Source of the DNA: Octopus sinensis
Taxonomy: Eukaryota
Length of the DNA: 64,000 nt
Direction: 5' to 3'
Assembly: GCF_006345805.1 (NCBI RefSeq)
Contig: NC_043001.1
Span: forward strand, 47,182,001 to 47,246,000
In this document: positions 53,272 through 64,000 of the stretch, piece after piece
How the letters are laid out: each line of letters opens with the position of its first letter
How positions within the stretch are numbered: position 1 is the stretch's first letter
Program-made: the position numbers and the translations under genes
The notes under the pieces: model-generated
The model's input: the letters and a program-made list of their open reading frames with translations, nothing else
Told to the model about the DNA's origin: nothing
Database searches by the model: none

Positions 53272-54378
53272 TTAATTTCTTGAATTTAAAAAAAAATAAA
53301 TTTTTTATTAAATATAAATGGTTGGTGAGCAGGCAGAATCGTTTGCTCGTCGGGCAAAATGCCTAGCGGACTTACACTGTCTTACGTTCTCAGTTCAAAT
53401 TCTGCCGAGGTCGACTTTACCTTTCGTTCTCGATAAATTAAGTACCAGTCAAATACTGAGGTCGATGTGAATTGACTTACCCACTCCGCCAAAATTACTC
53501 GCCTTGTGCCTAAATTTGAAACCAATGTAGGATGGTTGCAATGGGGATATATTAATATTTTCCAAAATACTTCACTTCCAGTTTCTGGCTTTCTGGATTT
53601 ATTGATTGTTGTCATAGATAACAACGAATAAATAGTAATTCAGTTTCGGTTACGCTTGAAATCATTTCATTTCATAACGACAATATTTTGTGGAAAAAAC
53701 ATGAACACTGTTATGTTATCTCCCCGCTTTGGTGTTTATTTATGCTGAAAATTTTGTCCATACTAATGAAAGTCATTAACACGGTTCTCCATTTTTAAGA
53801 ACGTGAATCCTTTAACCTTCATTCTACCATTGTTATACTTGTATCTCAGTATGTGATGGATCCATCTGAACATCTTTGTATTTATTTTACGTTGTTGATA
53901 TTTTACTTAGGGTATGGACTTTAATACAGGATTAAGGATTCAAAAGAAGGCCAGTATATTCCATGATGGATCTATAAATGGTTCGTATATCAGTCTTGGT
54001 TTTAGTTGTAATTTTTCCGAAGAACTTCATGACCTTGGGTAGAAGATTTTGTTCCAGTGTAAGTTGACTAGTAATAAACTTCTTCCTGTATAGAGTACCA
54101 ACTTATAACGGACTGTGTTTAATTCCCATTCAGAAAGAAATTAATACATCACCGTATATCAAGGAATTACTTTTCACTTCTTTAGTGCTGTCACTCCTCA
54201 TTTGTAATTTTAAAAAATGTAACGAGATAAGGAAATACATCAAATGGTCCAATGCCATAAATTTGGATAAATATGTTAAGAAGTGATATACAGAATATCC
54301 GAACTTTTCATTAAATTACATAGCCTCGGTCCAACCAAAGCCTTGTCAGTGGATTTGGTAGACGAAGCCTGTGGTGTA

Positions 54379-54454
<76 letters not shown>

Positions 54455-54455
<1 letters not shown>

Positions 54456-56502
54456 GACCATCGATACTTGGAGGCAGTCCTGAGAGCGGCTGGTTTCGCT
54501 CCCGTCTTCTGCGGCTGGATAGCTGCCTTGTACAGAGGCATCCGTTCGGTAATTCGCGTAAATGGACATCTATCGAGACCTTTCGACAATGCACGTTCGG
54601 TCCGTCAGGGATGCCCCCTCTCGGCGCTTCTATACGTATTGACTCTTGAGCCACTACTGCGGAAGCTGGCGACTCTAAGGGGCATCCCGCGAGAATTGGG
54701 ATGCGGGACGAGCGTGTCTGCATACGCGGACGACGTCACCGTCATAGTGTCTAGTCACGAGCACATCGAGCTGGTCGCGCGAGACGACACTGAAAAACTA
54801 CGAAGCGGTGACAGGAGCGAAAATCAACCGGGAAAAGTCAGTGGGCTTGCGACTAGGCACCTGGAGAAGCAAGAAGCCATGCCGTCCACCAGCGCCTCCG
54901 TCGTGGGACGCTGGACCGACGGCCCGGTGCCCGGTTGAGTTGCTCGGGGTCTGGTTTGGTCCGGACCTCCAAGTGGAGAAGAACTGGAACGAGATAACGA
55001 GTAGGGTGGTCACTCTCGTCCGGCAATGCCGAGGAGAGAGGAAACTGTCCCTAAAAGGTCGAGCGGAGGTGGTGAACACGTACATCGCGTCCGTCATCTA
55101 CTACCGCCTGACCGTCGTACCTTGTCCCGACCCTACCATCACCAAACTACAACGCATTCTCTTTCGCTTCTTTGTGGAAAGGATGCGTCCCGATGGTCAG
55201 GCGATCCATTTGCGGTCAACACCCGTTAAAAGGAGGGCTGGGCATGCCGTGGTTGATGATGCGCAGATACGCGCTGAGACTGCGACATCTCTGGCTCTAT
55301 GTAGACGACGGTGAACAGGTGTGGTCGCCGTTTGTGAGGCACGCTTTCCCGCAGCTCGTCTCCATGACCGAACTGCAGTCGTGGATCAAAAAGAGGCCGA
55401 GGAAGGGCGAATGGCACCGCGAGTGTCGCGTTGCTCTCAAGCAACTCTGCCGTCCTGGGTCGACCTTAAGTGACTCAACACAACCAAAGCATTCTATAGG
55501 GGTTTAGTGGAGGGGAGGTACGACGACGAGCTCGGGGCGAACCTGGGACGTCGACGAGGAGTACCTGACCCGCCTGTTCAGGACGACTTTCGGGCCAGGG
55601 CCCATGGACAACTTCCAGAGATCCCTGGCCTGGCAGTGCTACCGAGAAGCGCTACCCGTTCGGGATAAGCTCTACAGACACGGCTCGAGAAACACGGGGC
55701 CGACCTGCCCGAGATGCGGTCAGAGCGACGAAACCGTTCTGCACGCACTCGTTCCGTGTCCAACAATTTCCGACCTGTGGGCTTATGTCGAACAACTGCT
55801 GTCACGTGTGGGACGAGTCGGTTTATCAGCTGAGTCTATCGTCAATATTGTCACGCCTCCTTCCTTCAAACGGGAAGGAAGAGCTATTTTCATCATCCTT
55901 GTGGCTATGGCGAAAGAATGTATCTGGTGGACGCGTCTGAAAGGATTGGAGACAAACACTTTCCTCTCTGGTCAATCGCTCATCAACTTCTTCAAGTATC
56001 ACTTGAAGAGGAAAGTGAGAGTAGAGAGGCAAGTTTTGTCTAGTGAATGTTTTAAAAAGAGATGGGTGAATGTAGCAAGGATGGCACGTATGAATGACGA
56101 AGCCACCTTGACTATGATTCTATGAACCATAAAAATTTATACAGAGAGTTGCTTATTTGCAAAAAAAAAAAAAAGAAATATAACATGTGACTTCATTGAC
56201 CGAGGTTACCGTGGTCTTTTCCGTAGGCTTTTCTTTCCACGGGTAAACCTCACCTGTCCTCCCCTTTACACTTCATATTGACATTTCTGTGATAACGATC
56301 CCTATTATTCATTTTTTTTCTCCCCCCCTTTTTTTTAAACCCTCCCTTTTTTTTTGTCCTTTTTCTTTCCTTTTACGATCCCTTTTGATCAAAAACCACC
56401 ACTCTCTTTTTTTTTTATTTTTTTTTTTTTACCCCCAAAAGAAAAGCTCTACCTTGTAATTTGTTCTATCTGTGTGCAGCCCTGTGTGGCTAATAAAGAA
56501 AC
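54455..56502 (+). mobile_element. 5'-truncated Tx1-like LINE inserted into the (TATC)n tract of one array unit
   Basis: DHRYLEAVL..., RSVRQGCPLS, SAYADDV, LSLKGRAEVVNTYIASVIYYRL and CPRCGQSDETVLHALVPC. 3' end GCCCTGTGTGGCTAATAAAGAAAC. TATC repeats on both sides. Confidence 0.93.
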
Positions 56503-56859
56503 ATATCTATCTAACTATCTATATCTTTTATCTTTTGCATGTTTCAGTCATTTCACCGCGGCCATTCTGGAGCACCGCCTTATACATATGTGTGTCTGTG
56601 TTTGTGTTTGTCCCCCTCGATTGCTTGACAACCGACGTTGGTTTCTTTACATCCCCGTAACTTAGCGGTTCGGCAAAACGGTAGAATAAATATCAGGCTT
56701 AAAATATGAGTACTGGAGTTGATTTGTTCGACTAAACTCTTCAAGGCCGTGCCCCAGTATAGCCGGAGTCCAAAGACTGAAACAAATAAGATAAAAAAGT
56801 AAAGATACGTACCAAAACTTTTATATATATAGCAAATTATGACAAGTAAACTCATGTGC

Positions 56860-56930
56860 GCATCGGTGGTTCAGTGGTAGAATGCTCGCCTGCCACGCGG
56901 GCGGCCCGGGTTCGATTCCCGGCCGATGCA
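56860..56930 (+). tRNA. tRNA-Gly-GCC: tRNA-Gly(GCC), intact
   Basis: Identical 71-mer. Confidence 0.97.
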
Positions 56931-57390
56931 ACTTTGCTTTTTTTAAAATTGCATTCTCTTTAATAGCTTCCTTTTTAAATTAAAAAAAATGTTTCTTTGC
57001 AATAGGGTGGATGGGAAGAAGATCAATCGAAGCTGAAATCTTGTTGGGAGACCTCTTACCAATCACTTTTTGTTTTCATGCGTGGACACTTTAGGTCGGC
57101 GGTCTTCGCCTTCCTCTTGGAGAACACTGGCAGCGTGAAGAGGAGCAACATGAATATGTAGGCATCTGCAAGTCTTCCAGAAAAGAAACCTGGTCAAGGC
57201 CTGCATACAGGTGAAGATACCCTGGCCGACGGTGTTACTAGACACCACAGCAAATGCGACAGGATACGAACTTAATACCTGCTCCCCTCATCAAACTTCT
57301 CTCTACCTCTCTTTCTCTTTCTTACTTTCGTTCTTTCTTTCTTTCTTTTTTTCTTTCTTTCTTTCTTTCTCTCTCTCTCTCTTTCTCTCA

Positions 57391-57426
<36 letters not shown>

Positions 57427-57631
57427 ACACAGACACACTCTCTTTGTTTGTCTGCCTACCTGCCCGCCCATTTGCCTGTCTGCCCGCGTGCGTGTCTGTC
57501 TGTCTGTCTGCGTATTTGTCTGTCAGTCTGTGTCTCTCCCCCTCTCTCTCTCTCCCTCCCTCAGACACAAACAAACACCCACCCACACATCTCTGTTTGT
57601 CTGCCTGCCTGCCCATTTACCTGTCTGTCTT

Positions 57632-57684
<53 letters not shown>

Positions 57685-58889
57685 GATAAACTTACACCTT
57701 TTCTGTTTTATGCCTGTCTGCCCGTTTGCCTGTCTGTCTGTCTGTCTGTCTCTTTCTCTCTCTCCCAGTCTCTCTCTGTCTCTTTCTGTCTCTCTCTGAG
57801 ACACACACACTCTGTGCTTGCCTGTCTGCCTGTTTTCCTGTCTGCTGTCAGCCCTTTTACCTGTCTGTCTGTCTCTCTCAGACACACGCAATCTTTCTGT
57901 GTTTGCCTGTTTGCCCGTTTACCTATCCACTGTCTGCCCGTTTACCCGTTTGCCTGCCTGTCTGTCTCTCTCTCTCTCTTAGACACACTCTGTGTTTGCC
58001 TGATTGCCCGTTTGCCCGTCTGTCTGTTTATCTCTCTATGTTTGTCTCTCTCAATATAAAAAAAACTAGTACATAGTGCATGGCTCAGTGTGTAGGTCAA
58101 TAACAGGACAGTTCGATGAGAGGGCAGGGGTTCGTGCCTCGTTACTAATACGACGGTGTGTCTGTGGTAAAGAACCATTACTATCCTTTTCTACCCTGGG
58201 CACAAGAACCGAAATTTAGGGGGAGGGGGCCAGTCGCTTAGATCAATCTCAGTATGCAACTGGTACTTATTTTATCGAGCCCGAAAGAAGGAAAGGCAAA
58301 GTCAACCTCGGCGGAATTTGAACTCAGAACGTAAAGACAGACGAAATACCTATTTCTTTACTACCCACAAGGGGCTAAACACAGATAGGACGAACAAGGA
58401 CAGACACACGGATTAAGTCGATTATATCGACCCCAGTGCGTAACTGGTACTTCTTTAATCGACCCCGAACGGATGAAAGGCAAAGTCGACCTCGGCGGAA
58501 TTTGAACTCAGAACGTAACCGCAGACGAAATACCACTAAGCATTTCACCCGACGTGCTAACGTTTCTTATTTCTTTATTGCACACAAGAGGCTAAACATA
58601 GAAGGGACAAACAAGGATAGACAAACGGATTAAGTCGATTACATCGACCCCAGTGCGTAACTGGTACTTAATTTATCGACACCGAGAGGATGAAACGCAA
58701 AGTCAACCTCGGAGGAATTTTGAACTCAGGATGCAGCGGCGAACGAAATACCGCTAAGCATTAGGAATGAATATGTACCGCATCGAAACTAAGATGTGAC
58801 ATACCAAACGCCATGCATAGAAAATTATAGCCATCTGATTTTAAATACATTGAGTATATTTGTATGAATAGTTGAACACTTTCATGTAA

Positions 58890-58960
58890 GCATCGATGGT
58901 TCAGTGGTAGAATGCTCGTCTGCCACGCGGGCGGCCCGGGTTCGATTCCCGGTCGATGCA
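58890..58960 (+). tRNA. Variant tRNA-Gly(GCC), all stems pairable
   Basis: A7:T66 compensated pair, T31.G39 wobble, intact A/B boxes. Confidence 0.75.
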
Positions 58961-59576
58961 CTGCTTACTTATTTTTTTCTTTTTTCTTACAACATGTGAC
59001 GGTGGTTCAATGATAGAATATTCGCCTACAATACAAGCGTCACCATTTCGTCTCTCTCCATCTGACTTTTTGTTGCAAAACGGAGACAACCATATACAAA
59101 AATTGTAACCTGTTGATTCGAAGTAGTTTTAGTATAACAACTACCACAGTCGCAAACTTATGAGCCGCGAGCGGCTCGGGTTCGATTCCCGGTCGATGCA
59201 ATAATCTTTTTTGAAAGAAAATTTACAATTTTTCGATAGTCATAAAACAGACACATGAACATTTATTTTACTAATAACATCTACGCCTTACATGTGGTTT
59301 TCCGAGTCAGCATCCGTTGTTCAATTGTAGTATGTTCGTCTGCCATAAATGGTTGCAAAACGGATAATATCGTACGTAAGAAAACAAGGGAAGGAAATAT
59401 AAGCTACATTAGTATCGGCAATAGAATAAGTACCCGGCATAAAAATAAAATACATACTCGGGCCGAGTAGTTGGATTAAAATTCCTCCAGGCAGTGCACC
59501 AGCATGGCCACAGTTATATGACAGAAACGAGTAAAAGAAAAGATAAAAGATAATTTGAGATATATATCGTTCGTCG

Positions 59577-59647
59577 GCATCGGTGGTTCAGTGGTAGAAT
59601 TCTCGCCTCCCACGTGAGTGACCCGGGTTCGATTCCCGGTCGATGCA
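59577..59647 (+). tRNA. tRNA-Gly-CCC: tRNA-Gly(CCC)
   Basis: Same sequence as 53201-53271. Confidence 0.8.
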
Positions 59648-60743
59648 TTAATTTCTTGAATTTTTTTTTTTTAATTTGTTTATTTAATATAAATGGTTGG
59701 TGAGCTGGCAGAATCGTTTGCTCGTCGGGCAAAATGCCTAGCGGACTTTCGTCTGTCTTTATGTTCTCAGTTCAAATTCTACCGTGGTCGACTTTACCTT
59801 TCGTTCTCGATAAATTAAGTACCAGTCAAATACTGGGGTCGATGTGAATTGACTTACCCACTCCGCCAAAATTACTCGCCTTGTGCCTAAATTTGAAACC
59901 AATGTAGGATGGTCGCAATGGGGATATATTGATATTTTCAAAAATACTTCACTTCCAGTTTCTGGCTTTCTGGATTTATTGATTGTTTAACGAATAAATA
60001 GTAATTCAGTTTCGGTTACGCTTGAAATCATTTCATTTCATAACGACAATATTTTGTGGAAAAAACATGAACACTGTTATGTTATCTCCCCGCTTTGGTG
60101 TTTATTTATGCTGAAAATTTTGTCCATACTAATGAAAGTCATTAACACGGTTCTCTATTTTTAAGAACGTGAATCCTTTAACCTTCATTCTACCATTGTT
60201 ATACTTGTATCTCAGTATGTGATGGATCCATCTGAACGACTTTGTATTTATTTTACGTTGTTGATATTTTACTAAGGGTATGGACTTAATACAGGATTAA
60301 GGATTCAAAAGAGGGTCAGTATATTCCATGATGGATCTATAAATGGTTCGTATATCAGTCTTGGTTTTAGTTGTAATTTTTCCGAAGAACTTCATGACCT
60401 TGGGTAGAAGATTTTGTTCCAGCGTAAGTTGACCAGTAACAAACTTCTTCCTGGATAGAGTACCAATTTATAACGGACTGTGTTTAATTCCCATTCAGAA
60501 AGAAATTAATACATCACCGTATATCAAGGAATTACTTTTCACTTCTTTAGTGCTGTCACTCCTCAATTATAATTTTAAAAAATGTAACGAGATAAGGAAA
60601 TACATCAAATGGTCCAATGCCATAAATTTGGATAAATATGTTAAGAAGTGATGTACAGAATATCCGAACTTTTCATTAAATTACGTAGCCTCGGGCCAAC
60701 CAAAGCCTTGTTAGTGGATTTGGTAGACGAAGCCTGTGGTGTA

Positions 60744-60813
<70 letters not shown>

Positions 60814-61180
60814 ATCTTTTATCTTTTACATGTTTCAGTCATTTCACCGCGGCCATTCTGGGGCACCGCCTTATACATATGTGTGTCTGTGTTTTGTTTG
60901 ACCCCCTCGATCGCTTGACAACCGACGTTGGTTTCTTTACATCCCCGTAACTTAGCGGTTCGGCAAAACGGTAGAATAAATATCAGGCTTAAAACATGAG
61001 TACTGGAGTTGATTTGCTCGACTAAACTCTTCAAGGCCGTGCCCCAGTATAGCCAGAGTCCAAAGACTGAAACAAATAAGATAAAAAAGTAAAGATACGT
61101 ACCAAACCTTTTATATATATATAGCAAATTATATATATAGCAAAATATATATAGCAAATTATTCCAAGTTATCTCATGTG

Positions 61181-62560
61181 AATTCTTTAACCTTCAGTCT
61201 GTCATTGTAATACTTGTATCTCAGTATGTGATGTGTCCATCTGAACGCCTTTCAACTGATTTCACGTTGTCGATGTTTTCCTTGGGGTATGGATTTCATG
61301 CAGAATTAAGGATTTAAAAGAGGGCCAGTATATTCCACTATGGATCTATAAATGGTTTTGTATATCAGTCTTAGTTTTAGAAGTAATTTTTCCGAGGGAT
61401 TTCATGAACTTGGATAAAATATTTTGTTCTATTGTAAGTTGACCATTAACAAACTACTTCCTGGATAGAGTACCAACCTATAACGGACTATGTTTAATTC
61501 CTTTCTAGAAAGAAATGAATACATCACCGTATATCAAGGACTCACTCTTCATTTCTTTAGTGCTGCCACTGCTTAATATTAGCTTAAAAAAAAACTGAAA
61601 CGTGGTAAAGGAACTATTGTTACACGTAATTCTGCTCGTATCAGTGGGTCAGTAACGGAATACTGATTTAAAGCTTGATTTTTAAACGATTCATCAATTC
61701 CCATCTACCAGGAAGGATGCCTGAGTTCGATTCCCAATCGATGCACTTTGCGTGATTTTATTTTTTTTCTACCCACAACATGTGGCTTACTGTCTAATAC
61801 ACTATTAGCATCGGTTGTTCAGTGGTAGAATGTTTGCCAACCATACAGGCATTACGGTTTCGATTCAATTTGATCTTTTTTCTAAATAGACGATTGCAAA
61901 ACGAATCGTATAATATACAAAAATGTGTTGCCTACTGATTCAAAGTAATTTTAGTACAATAATTGTTATACAGATGGAAAATGGCGTCAGTGGCTCAGTG
62001 GTAGACTGTTTGCCTTTTTCGCGGGCAACCCTGGTTCGATTCCTTGTCGATGTAACTTTTTTGAAAGAAGTTTCCGATTCTTTTTGGATGGTTGCAACAT
62101 TGATCGATAAATATATATTTTACCAATGACTTCGACGAGTATTGATGGTTCAGTTATCATATGTTCGCCTGCTACGCAGGCCTCACAGTTTTGACCGAAT
62201 TTGATCATTGTTCTAAATAGATGATTGCAAAACAGATAATATCGAACGGAAAAAAAAAATAAAATAAAAAAATTAAAAATGCAACCTACCAATTCTGGAT
62301 ACTTTTAGTATATTTTATAGATAATTGGAAACAGTATATTTTATAGATAATTGGAAACAGCCTCACTGTTAGCATCGGTGGTTCAGTGGTAGAATTCTCG
62401 CCTCCCACACGAGTGGCCCGGGTTCGATTCCCGGTCATGCACTTTTTTGTTTTTTTTCTTGACTATTTCTTTTGTTTTTAATATAGATAATCACACAGGG
62501 GGTATATTAATATTTCAATGAATATATTATCTGCCATTCTGGATTTATTCATTGTTATCA
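61181..62560 (+). repeat. Diverged, SINE-free paralog of the array unit with a ladder of tRNA-Gly relics
   Basis: Spacer homologous but clearly more diverged; relics at about 61638, 61700-61745, 61808, 61984 and 62139. Confidence 0.85.
62372..62441 (+). pseudogene. tRNA-Gly(CCC), likely pseudogene
   Basis: 1-nt deletion in the acceptor 3' strand (CGGTCATGCA) and C31.A39 mismatch. Confidence 0.7.
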
Positions 62561-62795
62561 TCTTTCACACTGCTATAGGATTTACGGTTGAGCACCAACG
62601 AAATTGATGGCATTACCACTCAGAGATATCTTCAATCGTCATGATCTCCACCTCCTTCAACTAAGTAGAGAAAGGAAAACACTGATTCATTATTCAGCTT
62701 TTACTTGTTTCAGTAATTAAACTGCGTTCAGCAACTTCATGGCAGCTACTCTTTTGATGTATTTAAGAAAGCAACAGTCAAAATTAGGCAGTGAG

Positions 62796-62879
62796 ATGAG
62801 GGCCTGTCGCTGTTGGCCATACCATGAGGCCTTGTCGCTGTTGGCCATACCATGAGGCCTTGTCGCTGTTGGCCATACC
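62796..62879. repeat. 28-bp minisatellite x3 (ATGAGGCCTTGTCGCTGTTGGCCATACC)
   Basis: Head-to-tail, no spacers. Confidence 0.95.
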
Positions 62880-63155
62880 TCTCTCCCATTACATTTCTCG
62901 CTCATTCTCAGTTATTCAACATACTCAAGTCAGAAATACATACATTCTGTTACATACGTGCAATATTAGTTCAAGTTTTGGCACGAGGCTAGCGAGTTCG
63001 GATCAACTGGTACGTTTTATCGACTCCGAAAAGATGAAAAGCTAAGTCGACCTCAGAACATAAAGACGAACGAAATGCTGCTAAGCATTTTGCCTGGCGT
63101 GCAAACGATTCTGCCAGCTCGCCGCCTTAATAATAATATTAATAATAATAACAAG

Positions 63156-63255
63156 NNNNNNNNNNNNNNNNNNNNNNNNNNNNNNNNNNNNNNNNNNNNN
63201 NNNNNNNNNNNNNNNNNNNNNNNNNNNNNNNNNNNNNNNNNNNNNNNNNNNNNNN
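63156..63255. other. Assembly gap (100 N)
   Basis: Run of N. Confidence 1.
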
Positions 63256-64000
63256 AGAGAAGTAGATAGACAGCCGACAACTGATGAAGGGTCATGCTTT
63301 GTGTTACTTGTCTTGTTTTCCATTTGTTTTTCTCGTTGTTTGCGTATTGAACTAATTTGTTTTCGTATTTCATGGTTTTTTTTACTGTTGGTGACATCCT
63401 GTACCCATATATGGATGTGTTGCATATATATATATATATATATATTATTTATATATATCCATATAATAACTGTATATAATATATATCAATGATATTTGAG
63501 GCGACAACTTTTAAATATAAACAAATGACCGAAAAATGATGAGCAAAACTCAGTCTGAATCGAACTCACGAATTGACGCTTTTATGGCTCCTTGCAAATC
63601 TCATTGGCCAAACGATCACCCATCAGTTTCAGTCAAATTTACTTAATATATACTTAAGCTGTTTTCATACTACATACATAATGATATATATTATACACAG
63701 TTATAATTTCGTTGAGTCAATTTCGGGTTTGCTTATAAAAATATTGTGTAGTGTATATATATAAGCAAAATTTAGGTTAGCTAAAATATGTTTGTGACAT
63801 ATTTCAACTGCTAAAACACAAATACACTGCAGTTATCGGGGAGAAAATATCAGTTGAAATATGTCACAAATATATTTTAACTAACATAATATATATATAT
63901 AACGTAAAGTGTACTGTTACTGTTTACATCTCGTTCGGAGATTTATTAATATATATATATATATATATAAGCCCGTCGTATATATGTATGTATGTATATA

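Larger units (their letters stand above)
34586..61180 (+). repeat. Tandem array of a ~4-kb tRNA-Gly-containing unit (five complete units plus deleted/partial units)
   Basis: The unit-start motif TAGCCT recurs at 34586, 38540, 42854, 47169, 49302, 54321 and 60686. Order: SINE A with (TATC)n, Gly-GCC, microsatellite block, three inverted SINE B, variant Gly, Gly relics, Gly-CCC, SINE B, AT-rich spacer. Confidence 0.95.

Noticed and set aside
62796-62879. 28-bp repeats, or the recurring tRNA 71-mers, as a CRISPR-like array
   Set aside because: No unique spacers, eukaryotic context, and no cas genes.
1-64000. A host protein-coding gene spanning the window
   Set aside because: Every recognisable coding fragment is transposon-derived. 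Small exons of a large gene cannot be excluded without RNA data.

Overview
Repeat-saturated, AT-rich eukaryotic (animal) DNA. The SINE families and extreme microsatellite density suggest an octopus/coleoid cephalopod; this is inference, not database-checked. No host protein-coding gene is supported, and most long ORFs are microsatellite artefacts. Positions 1-34.5 kb are a mosaic of decayed or nested mobile elements: Tx1-like, CR1-like and RTE-like LINE fragments, mariner/Tc1 and hAT remnants, hAT and Merlin-like MITEs, several tRNA-derived SINE families, and two perfect spacer-less palindromes. The main biology is a tRNA-Gly locus. It holds nine identical tRNA-Gly(GCC) genes, one of them inside the TIRs of a mariner element as a ~130-bp cassette that also forms a 137-bp tandem pair nearby. 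It also holds a ~26.6-kb tandem array (34586-61180) of a ~4-kb unit; each complete unit carries an intact Gly(GCC), a variant Gly gene (anticodon TCC in one copy), decayed Gly pseudogenes and a Gly(CCC). The array shows microhomology deletions, a 2.13-kb higher-order duplication, a unit-specific SINE, and a unit-specific Tx1-like LINE inserted in a (TATC)n tract. It ends in an older, diverged ladder of tRNA-Gly relics.
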